Assembly: GCA_017429525.1 (NCBI GenBank)
Contig: JAFROT010000030.1
Location: 113,776 to 177,775 of the forward strand
Origin: Bacteroidaceae bacterium
GTDB lineage: Bacteria; Bacteroidota; Bacteroidia; Bacteroidales; Bacteroidaceae
Direction: 5' to 3'
Length of the DNA: 64,000 nucleotides
The notes below the pieces were generated by a model. The model had not been told where the DNA came from. It ran no database searches and saw nothing but the letters and a program-made list of their open reading frames with translations. Both the position numbers and the translations under genes were made by a program. Positions 45,680 through 54,638 of this stretch are shown here, in pieces (the stretch's first letter is position 1; each line of letters starts with the position of its first letter).

Positions 45680-47269
45680 ATGATTCGCAAATTCGACTTC
45701 CTCATCATCGGCTCGGGCGTGGCCGGAATGAGTTATGCCCTGAAGGTCGCTCAAAGCGGCAAGGGCAAGGTAGCGCTCATCTGCAAGACAACTATCGACG
45801 AGGCCAACACGGACAAAGCGCAGGGCGGCGTGGCCTCGGTGACCAACCTAAAGGTAGATAACTTCGAGAAGCACATCCACGACACGATGGTGGCTGGCGA
45901 CTTCATCTCCGACCCCGCAGCCGTGGAACAGGTGGTCAGGAACGCGCCGAAGGGCATCGCCGACCTGGTGAAGTGGGGCGTCAACTTCGACAAGAACGAG
46001 GACGGCGAGTTCGACCTCCATCGAGAGGGCGGCCACTCGGAGTTCCGCATCCTTCATCACGCCGACGACACGGGTCACGAGATTCAGCAGGGACTGATTC
46101 GCGCCGTACGTGCCGACAAGCGCATCACGGTTCTGGAGAACCACTTTGCCGTGGAGATCATCACGCAGCACCACTTGGGCCGCGAGGTGAACCGCCACAT
46201 GACGGACATCGAGTGCTACGGCGCCTACGTGCTGGACCCCGACACGCAGAAGATCGACACCTTCCTCTCGCGCGTCACGCTGATGGCCACGGGCGGCACC
46301 GGTGCCGTCTACGCCACGACGACGAACCCGAATATCGCCACGGGCGACGGCATCGCCATGGTCTATCGTGCCAAGGGCATCGTCAAGGACATGGAGTTCG
46401 TGCAGTTCCACCCCACAGCGCTCTACAACCCGGCAGAGACGCATCCCGCCTACCTCATCACCGAGGCCATGCGTGGCTACGGCGGCATCCTGCGCCTGCC
46501 TAACGGCGAGGAGTTTATGCAGAAGTACGACAAGCGCCTCTCGCTGGCGCCGCGCGACATCGTGGCACGTGCCATCGACAAGGAGATGAAGATCCACGGC
46601 ATCGACCACGTTTGTCTGGACGTGACGCACAAGAATGCCGAGGAGACGAAGCATCACTTCCCCAATATCTACGCCAAGTGCCTCTCGATAGGCATCGACA
46701 TCACGAAGCAGATGATCCCCGTCGTGCCTTGCGCCCATTACATGTGCGGCGGCATCAAGGTCAACCTCAACGCCGAGAGCACCATCCACCGCTTGTATGC
46801 CGTAGGCGAATGTTCGTGCACGGGCCTGCACGGCGGCAACCGCCTGGCCTCCAACTCGCTCATCGAGGCCGTGGTCTATGCCGACAAGGCTGCCGAGCAC
46901 TCGATTGCCCACATCGACGACTACACGTTCAACGAGCAGGTGCCCGAATGGAACGACGAGGGCACGATGACCAACGAGGAGAAGGTGCTCATCGCCCAGG
47001 ACATGAAGGAAGTAGGACAAATCATGTCGAACTACGTCGGCATCGTACGCTCCGACCTTCGCCTGCACCGTGCCTGGACACGACTCGACATCATCTACGA
47101 GGAGACTGAAGAACTGTTCAAACGCGTGAAGGCGTCGAAGGACATCTGTGAGTTGCGCAACATGGTCAACGTGGGTTACCTGATCACGCGGCAGGCCATC
47201 GAGCGCAAGGAGAGCCGCGGCCTCCACTACACCGTCGACTATCCCAAGCACGCCTACGACCAGAAATAA
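45680..47269 (+). CDS. nadB: L-aspartate oxidase
   Basis: FDFLIIGSGVAGMSYAL FAD motif, QGGVA, HPTAL, RLASNSLIEAVV. ~530 aa. Confidence 0.92.
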   Translation: MIRKFDFLIIGSGVAGMSYALKVAQSGKGKVALICKTTIDEANTDKAQGGVASVTNLKVDNFEKHIHDTMVAGDFISDPAAVEQVVRNAPKGIADLVKWGVNFDKNEDGEFDLHREGGHSEFRILHHADDTGHEIQQGLIRAVRADKRITVLENHFAVEIITQHHLGREVNRHMTDIECYGAYVLDPDTQKIDTFLSRVTLMATGGTGAVYATTTNPNIATGDGIAMVYRAKGIVKDMEFVQFHPTALYNPAETHPAYLITEAMRGYGGILRLPNGEEFMQKYDKRLSLAPRDIVARAIDKEMKIHGIDHVCLDVTHKNAEETKHHFPNIYAKCLSIGIDITKQMIPVVPCAHYMCGGIKVNLNAESTIHRLYAVGECSCTGLHGGNRLASNSLIEAVVYADKAAEHSIAHIDDYTFNEQVPEWNDEGTMTNEEKVLIAQDMKEVGQIMSNYVGIVRSDLRLHRAWTRLDIIYEETEELFKRVKASKDICELRNMVNVGYLITRQAIERKESRGLHYTVDYPKHAYDQK

Positions 47270-47291
47270 GCCCTTAACCATAAGACTGAAT

Positions 47292-47338
47292 AGCAGCCAG
47301 GAGCTACAATTGAAAGCATTTCTGGCTGCTTTTTTGTT
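47292..47338 (+). terminator. rho-independent terminator of nadB
   Basis: agcagccag (47292-47300) pairs with ctggctgct (47322-47330), followed by tttttgtt. Confidence 0.75.
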
Positions 47339-47421
47339 CATTTACTTTGATTTATATCAATAAAGGATATATTTTTACAGAAAAAGAAAAGAAAAAGTGT
47401 TCAGGTTACACATATTCGCCG

Positions 47422-47429
47422 TACCTTTG
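47422..47429 (+). promoter_or_regulatory. -7 box (TAccTTTG) with no downstream ORF
   Basis: tacctttg lies after the nadB terminator. The next feature on this strand is a strong terminator at 47716. Confidence 0.5.
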
Positions 47430-47435
47430 CAGCGT

Positions 47436-47752
47436 CAAAGAGATGACAAGACGTCTCGCGAGAGACTCAAGATATACGGTTTTTCATGGTATTAGGTTAG
47501 TTTTAAAGGTTTTCATCACCGAGTAGCATTGCTACTCATCTTTAGGTAAGTTAGTTAAGGTAAGTTGATTGCAGGATTCCCCAAGTGGGAATCGCAGAAT
47601 AACGCAAGCACAACTGTCGCAGTGATGCGATAGAAAAAGCAAAAGGACGCATCATCGGATGTGTATTCCAAAAGGTTATTCTGAGAGATTCAACAAAGAT
47701 TTGTTCATAGCTAAGGCGCGGCTCTTCGTGAGAAGGGCCGCGTTTGTTTTGT
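47436..47752 (+). ncRNA. candidate ~315-nt small RNA, unclassified
   Basis: Bounded by its own -7 box and a 12-bp GC-rich terminator with a U-tract. Internal hairpins gagtagc/gctactc (47521-47537) and gattccc/gggaatc (47575-47593). Only very short ORFs. Ends are approximate. Confidence 0.5.
47716..47752 (+). terminator. rho-independent terminator
   Basis: gcgcggctcttc gtga gaagggccgcgt followed by ttgttttgtg. Confidence 0.8.
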
Positions 47753-47797
47753 GTACGTCCTGGACCATGAGGGCTTTCCTTCGCCAGGCTGATTCTT

Positions 47798-49885
47798 CTA
47801 CAAGGGATCGACGTCAAAAAGGATCTGGCCGGAGGCGAAGGCTTTTTGCGCGAGGAGGTCGGTGCGCATGCTAAGGAGGTTCTGCTTGATGCGAGCGATG
47901 GGGAGGCTGCGCTCAAGCTTCAAGATGATGCGCCTGATGCTGAGGCCCTGAACACGAGCCACGGGCGGCTCATCGGGACCGAGGACACGGGTTCCGAGCA
48001 GCTGACGCAGGCGGAGGGTCAGTTCGCGGGCGAGCAGATCGGCATCGGCAGCACGACGGTGCCGCACATAGACGATAATCATCTGCATGAAAGGAGGATA
48101 AGCGAACTCACGACGCTCGAGCATCTGCTCGCGGTAGGCGCTGGCATAGTCGTCGGCCACGACTTGACGGATTAGCGAGAGGTCGGGCGTCAGCGTCTGC
48201 AAGAGGACGTAGCCACGGCTGTCGCGACGTCCGGCACGCCCTGCCACTTGCGTCAGCATCTGGAACGAACGCTCGTAGGCGCGGAAATCGGGCTGACAGA
48301 GCATCGTATCGGCCGAGAGGATGCCTACGACGCTGACGCGGCCGAAGTCGAGCCCTTTGGCTACCATCTGCGTACCCACGAGGATGTCGGTGCGGTGGGC
48401 GGCGAAGTCTTCGAGGATCTGCTCGTAGGCCGTGCGTGTGCGCGTCGTATCGAGGTCGAGACGAGCAATGCGTGCCTCAGGGAATAGCTTTTGGAGGTCC
48501 TCCTCGATACGCTCCGTGCCGAAGCCCCGGCTGCGAAGGTCGGGATTCTCACAAGCAGGGCACTGGGCCGGTATCTCGGTGGTGAAGCCGCAGTAGTGGC
48601 ACGTCATGCGGCCCGACTTCTTGTGGAGCGTCAGTGGGACGTCGCAATGAGGGCAACGCGGTACCCAACCGCAGACGTGGCACTGCACATGAGGGGCGTA
48701 ACCACGACGGTTCTGGAAGAGGATAACCTGCTCGCCTGCCTCGAGAGCCGCACGCGTGCGGTCGAGCAACTGCGGCGAGAAAGGGCCTGTCATGCGACGT
48801 TTGCGGCGCAGTTCGCTCACGTCGACGACCTCAACCTCGGGCAACTGCACGCGCCCATAACGCTCGCTGAGCTCTACGAGGCCATACTTGCCCATGCGCG
48901 CATTGTAATAGCTCTCGAAGGAGGGCGTAGCGGTGCCGAGGAGGGTAAGTGCCTTGGCTCGCGAAGCCATGAGGATGGCAACGCTACGGGCGCTGTAACG
49001 CGGTGCTGGCTCCTGTTGCTTGAAGTTGACCTCGTGCTCCTCGTCGACGATGACGAGCCCGAGGCGCTGGAACGGAAGGAAGACTGACGAACGGACGCCC
49101 ACGATGATATCGTAAGGCTGAGTCGAGAGTTGGCGCCACCAGACGTCGGCACGCTCCTTGTCGGTGAACTTGCTGTGGTAGACGCCCATACGCTCACCGA
49201 AGACGGCACGCAGGCGGTCGGTGAGCTGCGTCGTGAGGACAATCTCGGGCAGCAGATACAATACCTGCTTGCCTTGGGCGATGGCCTCAGCAATCAGATG
49301 AATATAGACCTCCGTCTTGCCTGCCGACGTGACGCCATGAAAGAGGCAGACGGGATGCTGCTGCCACTGATTCCTGATGCTCGAGAGGGCTGCGGACTGA
49401 GCGGGGGAGAGAGCGGGTACGGAAGGCCCACCCTCCTGCCCCTCCGCTGTAGGAAAAGTCGCAAGATGTACTGAGTAGGCATCCGCCTCCTTGTCTCCTT
49501 GAGCCTGTCTTTCAGAGTATTTACTCCCCTCTCTACGAGAGCGTGACAGGGGGGTGGGCCTTCTTTTCAACTTCCCTGGCAGTGCGGCTTTGAAGACCTC
49601 GCCGATGGAGCAGAGGTAGTAGTCGGCTATCCACTGCCAGAGGCTGAGTTGCTGCGGCAGGATGACTGGTGTGGCGTCAACGACTTCCAATATCTGCTTG
49701 ACTTCGATGCCAACAGGGGCTTGATCATGAAGACGTACGACGAGTCCGACGAGCGATTGCCGATTGCCAAAAGGCACGAGAACACGACACCCTGCCTGCG
49801 GCGGAGTAGCCAGCGCGTCGGGCAGAGCGTAAGTGAACAGTCCCTGAAGCGGGACAGGTATGATGACGTCGGCGAAATGCGACAT
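47798..49885 (-). CDS. priA: primosomal replication restart helicase PriA
   Basis: MSHFADVIIPVPL N-terminus. Walker A GVTSAGKTEVY, DEEH (IVDEEHE). Cys-rich zinc region CHVCGWVPRCPHCDVPLTLHKKSGRMTCHYCG...CPAC. Confidence 0.92.
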   Translation of the reverse strand: MSHFADVIIPVPLQGLFTYALPDALATPPQAGCRVLVPFGNRQSLVGLVVRLHDQAPVGIEVKQILEVVDATPVILPQQLSLWQWIADYYLCSIGEVFKAALPGKLKRRPTPLSRSRREGSKYSERQAQGDKEADAYSVHLATFPTAEGQEGGPSVPALSPAQSAALSSIRNQWQQHPVCLFHGVTSAGKTEVYIHLIAEAIAQGKQVLYLLPEIVLTTQLTDRLRAVFGERMGVYHSKFTDKERADVWWRQLSTQPYDIIVGVRSSVFLPFQRLGLVIVDEEHEVNFKQQEPAPRYSARSVAILMASRAKALTLLGTATPSFESYYNARMGKYGLVELSERYGRVQLPEVEVVDVSELRRKRRMTGPFSPQLLDRTRAALEAGEQVILFQNRRGYAPHVQCHVCGWVPRCPHCDVPLTLHKKSGRMTCHYCGFTTEIPAQCPACENPDLRSRGFGTERIEEDLQKLFPEARIARLDLDTTRTRTAYEQILEDFAAHRTDILVGTQMVAKGLDFGRVSVVGILSADTMLCQPDFRAYERSFQMLTQVAGRAGRRDSRGYVLLQTLTPDLSLIRQVVADDYASAYREQMLERREFAYPPFMQMIIVYVRHRRAADADLLARELTLRLRQLLGTRVLGPDEPPVARVQGLSIRRIILKLERSLPIARIKQNLLSMRTDLLAQKAFASGQILFDVDPL

Positions 49886-49981
49886 CCGAGCTTACGTAAT
49901 TAAAGATGTACCTTAATAATCAATACACTCTCCATGCGCTCGACGAAGGTCGCTTCCATGCGCAAAGGAGAGAGTCTTTAC

Positions 49982-50572
49982 TCAGAAGAAATAGTTGAGG
50001 CGCACCTGCCACTCCTTGTTCTTCATGCTGATGTTATCCGTGACTTCCTCGTAGACATCCTTGACGCTGCCAGCCTTGGAGAGCGGGATGCAATAGCTGG
50101 CACCGACCTGCAGGTGGCTGAAAAGCATCAAGCCGAAGCCTACGTTCCAACTGAAGACGCTGTGGTTGAAGGTTGCACGCAAGCCCTCGCGCGTGGAGAG
50201 GTTGGAGTTGCCGATAAGCCAGTCCCATTGTGGACCGGTGCTGACGTAAGCCCCGAACTGCCTTGGGCCTATTTCCCAGCGAACGTTGACGGGTACACGG
50301 GCGTAGCTCATGTGCTTGTGCTCAGCATCATTAATCTCGGCTGTGCGATGAGCATAGAGCAGGGCCGCATCGGCTCCGAGGCCGAGGATGGGAATAGTGG
50401 TCTTCAGCTTAGGACCGATGAAGAATCCCGAACAGTTGTCTGACTTGAAGACATCCTTGGAGAAGGACATCTTGTTGATGATGGCTCCAGCCTCAACGCC
50501 GAACTGCGTCTGAGCAGACACCGTGGCTGTTAGGGCGAAGACGGACGTGAGAAAAATCAGTAGGCGTTTCAT
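49982..50572 (-). CDS. outer-membrane beta-barrel (porin family) protein
   Basis: Signal MKRLLIFLTSVFALTATVSAQ. Alternating strand pattern. C-terminal ...VRLNYFF. Confidence 0.65.
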   Translation of the reverse strand: MKRLLIFLTSVFALTATVSAQTQFGVEAGAIINKMSFSKDVFKSDNCSGFFIGPKLKTTIPILGLGADAALLYAHRTAEINDAEHKHMSYARVPVNVRWEIGPRQFGAYVSTGPQWDWLIGNSNLSTREGLRATFNHSVFSWNVGFGLMLFSHLQVGASYCIPLSKAGSVKDVYEEVTDNISMKNKEWQVRLNYFF

Positions 50573-50586
50573 GAGAGGATTTTATT

Positions 50587-50750
50587 TAACGGGAACGATA
50601 ACGAAAACGTTAACTAGCTGCGCGTTGGGAGGGGTAACGGGAACGAAAACGAAAACGTTAACTAGCTGCGCGTTGAGGGGTAACGAGTAGATCGTTTTGG
50701 TGTTCACACCAGGAAGGAGGTTTTCGTTTTCGTTAACGTTTTCGTTGATT
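50587..50750. repeat. ~48-bp tandem repeat (2 copies) of aacgaaaacg words plus an inverted partial copy
   Basis: taacgggaacgataacgaaaacgttaactagctgcgcgttgggagggg (50587-50634) and a 46-bp variant (50635-50680). Inverted ttttcgttttcgttaacgttttcgtt at about 50721-50746. Confidence 0.85.
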
Positions 50751-50752
50751 CG

Positions 50753-51871
50753 TTATCTCCGTTGGCGACGAGCGGATACGCGGGGAGCGGACGAGGAGGA
50801 AGAGGACGAAGGTGTCTTAGTGCGCTTGGAGGCAGCCGAAGCACCGCGACGTCCCGTAGATTTCTTTTCGTCGCTGCTGGAGTTCCCTGACCTGCGGGAG
50901 GCGCGAGCGACCTTCTTGTCGGCCTTGTCGGCTTTGTCGGCTACGGAAACGCTGTCGAGGGAGTCAGCGGGAACTGGGGTGTGCCAAATATGCTCCTCGA
51001 AGTCTACGAGCTGCTGCTCGATACGCTTCTGTTCGGCCGCCATAGCCGTATCGTTCTTAGCATAGTCCGACAACAAGCGCCCCTGCAGGTTGTTGGTCTT
51101 GTAGATCTTGCCTTCGTAGCGGTTGAGCGTGAAATAGTCGTCAACAGTCATATTGGTGACATTGTTGAAGTTGGAAGCCATCACCGGCATACGGGAGAGG
51201 TAGCTGGAGATGTCGTCGTATCTCACCCAGAACAAAGGTCTCGACTGTGCGGTTCCGGGCTCGTTGTCAATCGATTCGAACTCATTCTCTTCCATTAGCA
51301 CTGGGCAGAGGGCTACGACACGCGTCTTATAGGTAGCGGAACGCTGGTCGAAGTAGCTGCTTTCCTTCAAGTAGAAACGTTTGACGAAAGCCGAGGGGAT
51401 ATCGCTCTCGGGAACCGTGATCTTACCGCCCTCCTCCTCGAAGTAGATGCGCTGGTCAGTCAGCAAGTCCTTGATCTCGAGACGATCTTTCTCGTCGAAC
51501 GACTCGCCGCCATCATCGCCGGGCTTATAGCCCTTGATGCGTCCCGACACGAAAAGACGGAAGATGAACGTGAAGAGGTTCTGCTCCTTGCCATGCGGCT
51601 CGACGGGATAGTAGAGGGGTGCGTTGGCATCCTTCAGCAAGTCCAGCTGGCGGTAGATGTCACGACGCCAGACGACGTCCTCGGGCATCCCGGCTGACGT
51701 AGGAAACATGAGCGACGCGCGGTCGGGCTTCTTCTCGGCAGCTGCTTGTCTCTGAGCCGCAGCACCTCGGTTGGCCGTCGTGGAGGTCGTTGTGCGACGC
51801 TTGGCAGGTTGGGCATTGGCGGTGATGCCAGCCACGAGCACTGCCGTTAATATGATAAGGAGTCTTTTCAT
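50753..51871 (-). CDS. porN: T9SS ring protein PorN/GldN
   Basis: Signal peptide, DVVWRRDIYRQLDL region, position directly after porM. Basic Ser/Arg/Lys-rich C-terminal tail. Confidence 0.75.
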   Translation of the reverse strand: MKRLLIILTAVLVAGITANAQPAKRRTTTSTTANRGAAAQRQAAAEKKPDRASLMFPTSAGMPEDVVWRRDIYRQLDLLKDANAPLYYPVEPHGKEQNLFTFIFRLFVSGRIKGYKPGDDGGESFDEKDRLEIKDLLTDQRIYFEEEGGKITVPESDIPSAFVKRFYLKESSYFDQRSATYKTRVVALCPVLMEENEFESIDNEPGTAQSRPLFWVRYDDISSYLSRMPVMASNFNNVTNMTVDDYFTLNRYEGKIYKTNNLQGRLLSDYAKNDTAMAAEQKRIEQQLVDFEEHIWHTPVPADSLDSVSVADKADKADKKVARASRRSGNSSSDEKKSTGRRGASAASKRTKTPSSSSSSSAPRVSARRQRR

Positions 51872-51897
51872 AATCGTTATCGTTTATTTGCAGATTT

Positions 51898-51950
51898 GCT
51901 AGATGCTCTAGATTTTCTAGATGCTCTAGATGGTCTAGATGCTCTAGGTT
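51898..51950. repeat. TCTAGA-rich word repeat (ctagatgctctag x3) in the porM-porN spacer
   Basis: gctagatgctctagattttctagatgctctagatggtctagatgctctagg. Reverse complement of the word at 25653-25709. Confidence 0.8.
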
Positions 51951-51954
51951 TCTT

Positions 51955-53520
51955 TTAGTTAACAGTCACGTCCATTGCGCCGTCGAGGGTGCGTTCTACG
52001 CCATCAGGCCCTATAGCTTTGATGCGCGTAATGAAAAAACGTTTACCGCGCGTGAGGCCACGGAACATACTTTTTTGTCTATCCGTGAATTCAGCAGACT
52101 CCGAGACGACGGGGAAGGCATTGCCCATACGGTCATAGGAGACCGTCTCGAATCCCGTCACACGGAAGGGGATATTGAGTAGTCCGTCGTCGACGGCAGC
52201 GCCGAGGACATTGGCACTCATCAGCACTTGCTTGGAGATCTTGCCTCCCTTAAAGCGGTTCTCACCTCCCTGCCCGTCGGAATAGGCGATGAAGGCCGTC
52301 GGATCGGGCAGCTTGCGCACGCGGAAGGTAAACTTGCCCATCTCCTGCACGCGCCCTTCGGTCTTCGCTGCCACGGTGATGACTGCTTCGCCACCAACCT
52401 GAGTGGGACGTGCGATGAACTTGCCATCGCCCTTGGCCGTGAGACCGCCGCCAGTCATGGTCACCTGCAACTGACTGGTTGAGACGCCGGGAACGCTCAC
52501 CGACATTGGGTTGTCATAACCTGCATAGAGAACATTCATCAAGTCGGCCGAGACGGTAGCGGAGGGAGCCACGACGCTGTACTTCTGCTCGAAGTTGCGG
52601 CGCACGAGCTCGCCCTGAGCATTCATCATCTCGATATATCCGACGAGGGTAAAGTCGCCCGTCCGCGAGCAGACGGTCTCGTAGATGCCGCGGTCGCTGT
52701 TAATCTTCTGACCACCAATATAGATGGTAGGACGGTTTGTCGTGTCGACGGCAGCCATGAGAATCTGTGCCGAGAACTTGCCGCCCTGGACAACAGTCTG
52801 CGCCGAGGGGATGACGTAAGCATTGAGTTCGTTGACGCGGATATCCTTGACACCGATGTTGGAGGCCAGACCGTGCAGTACCTCGCCTTCGGCATAGCGG
52901 ACGTCGCTCTGCAGCTTGGTCAGGAGCGTCACGGCGGCAGCCGTAGGCATCGACTCGAACATGTATTCCTGCCAGTTCTTGCCGAGGGTTCGAACGCTGG
53001 TGGGCACATCGGTCGAGAGGTTGGAGGCGATGATGCGCCGCTGTGCGGAGTCAGTCACCATCTGAATGATGCGCTCACGATAGTTGTTGATGCCATTGTA
53101 GAGCTGACGTCCACGTCCTGTGCCTGGGGCGAGCATCACGCTGGTGGCAGCCTCAAGGTCCTCGCGGTTCTTGATATCGGTGACGTCGGCGTCCTTGCCA
53201 TCGCTCTTCTTGACAATAAGCTCTTTCAGTTCCTCAGCAAAATTGAACAGCGAGTCGGACATCTGACGGACTACCTGCGCTTTATCATACCACTCCTTGA
53301 CCTTCTTCGGGTTAGCCTTCATCTGCTCCTCGAAGTCGTCATAGATGCCTTCGTTCACCTGACTGGCGTTCTTCGTAGTGGTCTGCAAACTCTTGTCGAC
53401 CAACGAGAAGCCATTGAGCACGTCGCTCGACACGTTGAGCGCGAGCATCGCCATGAGGACGACGTACATCAGGTTAATCATCTTCTGACGAGGAGATATG
53501 GGTCTTTTCTTAACGGGCAT
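51955..53520 (-). CDS. porM: T9SS motor/periplasmic shaft protein PorM/GldM
   Basis: N-terminus MPVKKRPISPRQKMINLMYVVLMAMLALNVS is the GldM signature. 521 aa. Confidence 0.92.
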   Translation of the reverse strand: MPVKKRPISPRQKMINLMYVVLMAMLALNVSSDVLNGFSLVDKSLQTTTKNASQVNEGIYDDFEEQMKANPKKVKEWYDKAQVVRQMSDSLFNFAEELKELIVKKSDGKDADVTDIKNREDLEAATSVMLAPGTGRGRQLYNGINNYRERIIQMVTDSAQRRIIASNLSTDVPTSVRTLGKNWQEYMFESMPTAAAVTLLTKLQSDVRYAEGEVLHGLASNIGVKDIRVNELNAYVIPSAQTVVQGGKFSAQILMAAVDTTNRPTIYIGGQKINSDRGIYETVCSRTGDFTLVGYIEMMNAQGELVRRNFEQKYSVVAPSATVSADLMNVLYAGYDNPMSVSVPGVSTSQLQVTMTGGGLTAKGDGKFIARPTQVGGEAVITVAAKTEGRVQEMGKFTFRVRKLPDPTAFIAYSDGQGGENRFKGGKISKQVLMSANVLGAAVDDGLLNIPFRVTGFETVSYDRMGNAFPVVSESAEFTDRQKSMFRGLTRGKRFFITRIKAIGPDGVERTLDGAMDVTVN

Positions 53521-53558
53521 AATTGCAGTTTTCGATTAGACAATTTACGATTTACAAT

Positions 53559-54551
53559 TTATGCTTGCGGAGCGGCTTTAGGCATATTGACGGTGAGCGC
53601 CTCGATCATGCGGGCATAGACGCCGTTGAGCTCTTCGATCTGGCTGGCCATTCGGCGCGTCTGGTCGTTGATTTGGTCGATCGTGCCGACCTGCTGGCTG
53701 ACGCTCTTGAGCTGCATCTCATAAATCGTGTTGATGCCCGTAAGGGTGCGGTTGAGGTTGACCATCTCTTCGCTGTCCTGCGTCATGCGGCTGGCCTGCT
53801 CGCGCACACGAGTAAGCACTTCCGTGAGTTGTTGCAACTGGTCGACGTAGGCTTCGATGGCATCCTCGACCTCGGGAGCATTGGCAGCCTGTGCGTTGGT
53901 GAGCAGCCCCTGTGCATCCTGCCCGATGTGAGCAGCGCTGGCTGCCGCTTGTGCAGCTGCGGCCAGGTTGGCAGCATCCTCTGCCGAGAGGCCGGCACCG
54001 CCGACGACACCGCCACCGCCTGCAACGACGGTAGTCCCTTCGCCTGCCACAGGTGCACCGCCACCGATGACCACTGTGCCACCCGCAGGTGCGCCACCGC
54101 CACCGATGATGACCGTGCCACCACCGCCGCCAACGACCGTGCCACTGCCGACGGCACCCTCAGCAGCCACTGTAGCGCCTGCAGACACAGGACCACCAGC
54201 GACGACCGTGCCACCGACGGGCACCACCTGAGGAGCACCATCAATGTTGGCTGCACGCGAAGCGGCTTCCTTCAGTTCTTCGAGTTCGTCGAGCGTTACG
54301 AAGTCATCGGCCAACTCGGTGTCGGCCTTGGCATCGAACGGGCGGTCGAAGCCAGAGATGAAGAACACGAAGACCTCCGTGCCCATACCGATGAACAGCA
54401 TCAAATTGGCGCCAGGGATGTGCGTCAGCTTGAACAGCGTGCCCAGGATGACGACAGCGGCACCCCAACTGTAGGCGTAATTCATAAATGTCTGGCCCGG
54501 AACGGAATCCATCCAGTGCTGTAAGCGGGCTATAAGGCTGAATCTACTCAT
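53559..54551 (-). CDS. porL: T9SS motor protein PorL/GldL with a Gly/Val/Ala-rich insertion
   Basis: FMNYAYSWGAAVVILGTLFKLTHIPGANLMLFIGMGTEVFVFFISGFD (two TM helices, conserved Glu). ~85-aa low-complexity segment at aa 105-188. Confidence 0.9.
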   Translation of the reverse strand: MSRFSLIARLQHWMDSVPGQTFMNYAYSWGAAVVILGTLFKLTHIPGANLMLFIGMGTEVFVFFISGFDRPFDAKADTELADDFVTLDELEELKEAASRAANIDGAPQVVPVGGTVVAGGPVSAGATVAAEGAVGSGTVVGGGGGTVIIGGGGAPAGGTVVIGGGAPVAGEGTTVVAGGGGVVGGAGLSAEDAANLAAAAQAAASAAHIGQDAQGLLTNAQAANAPEVEDAIEAYVDQLQQLTEVLTRVREQASRMTQDSEEMVNLNRTLTGINTIYEMQLKSVSQQVGTIDQINDQTRRMASQIEELNGVYARMIEALTVNMPKAAPQA

Positions 54552-54638
54552 CTATTTATAATATGATTTGATTATTTGTACTATGATTTGCTTTCAAGTA
54601 ATAAAAGGTTTCCTTGCAATCCCTAAATCCTCGAACCT

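Noticed and set aside
45848-47341. 497-aa minus-strand ORF
   Set aside because: Antisense to nadB and runs through the nadB terminator.
53523-54524. 333-aa plus-strand ORF and Pro-rich ORF 53968..54231
   Set aside because: Antisense to porL. The poly-Pro/Thr translation is only the complement of the Gly/Val-rich insertion.
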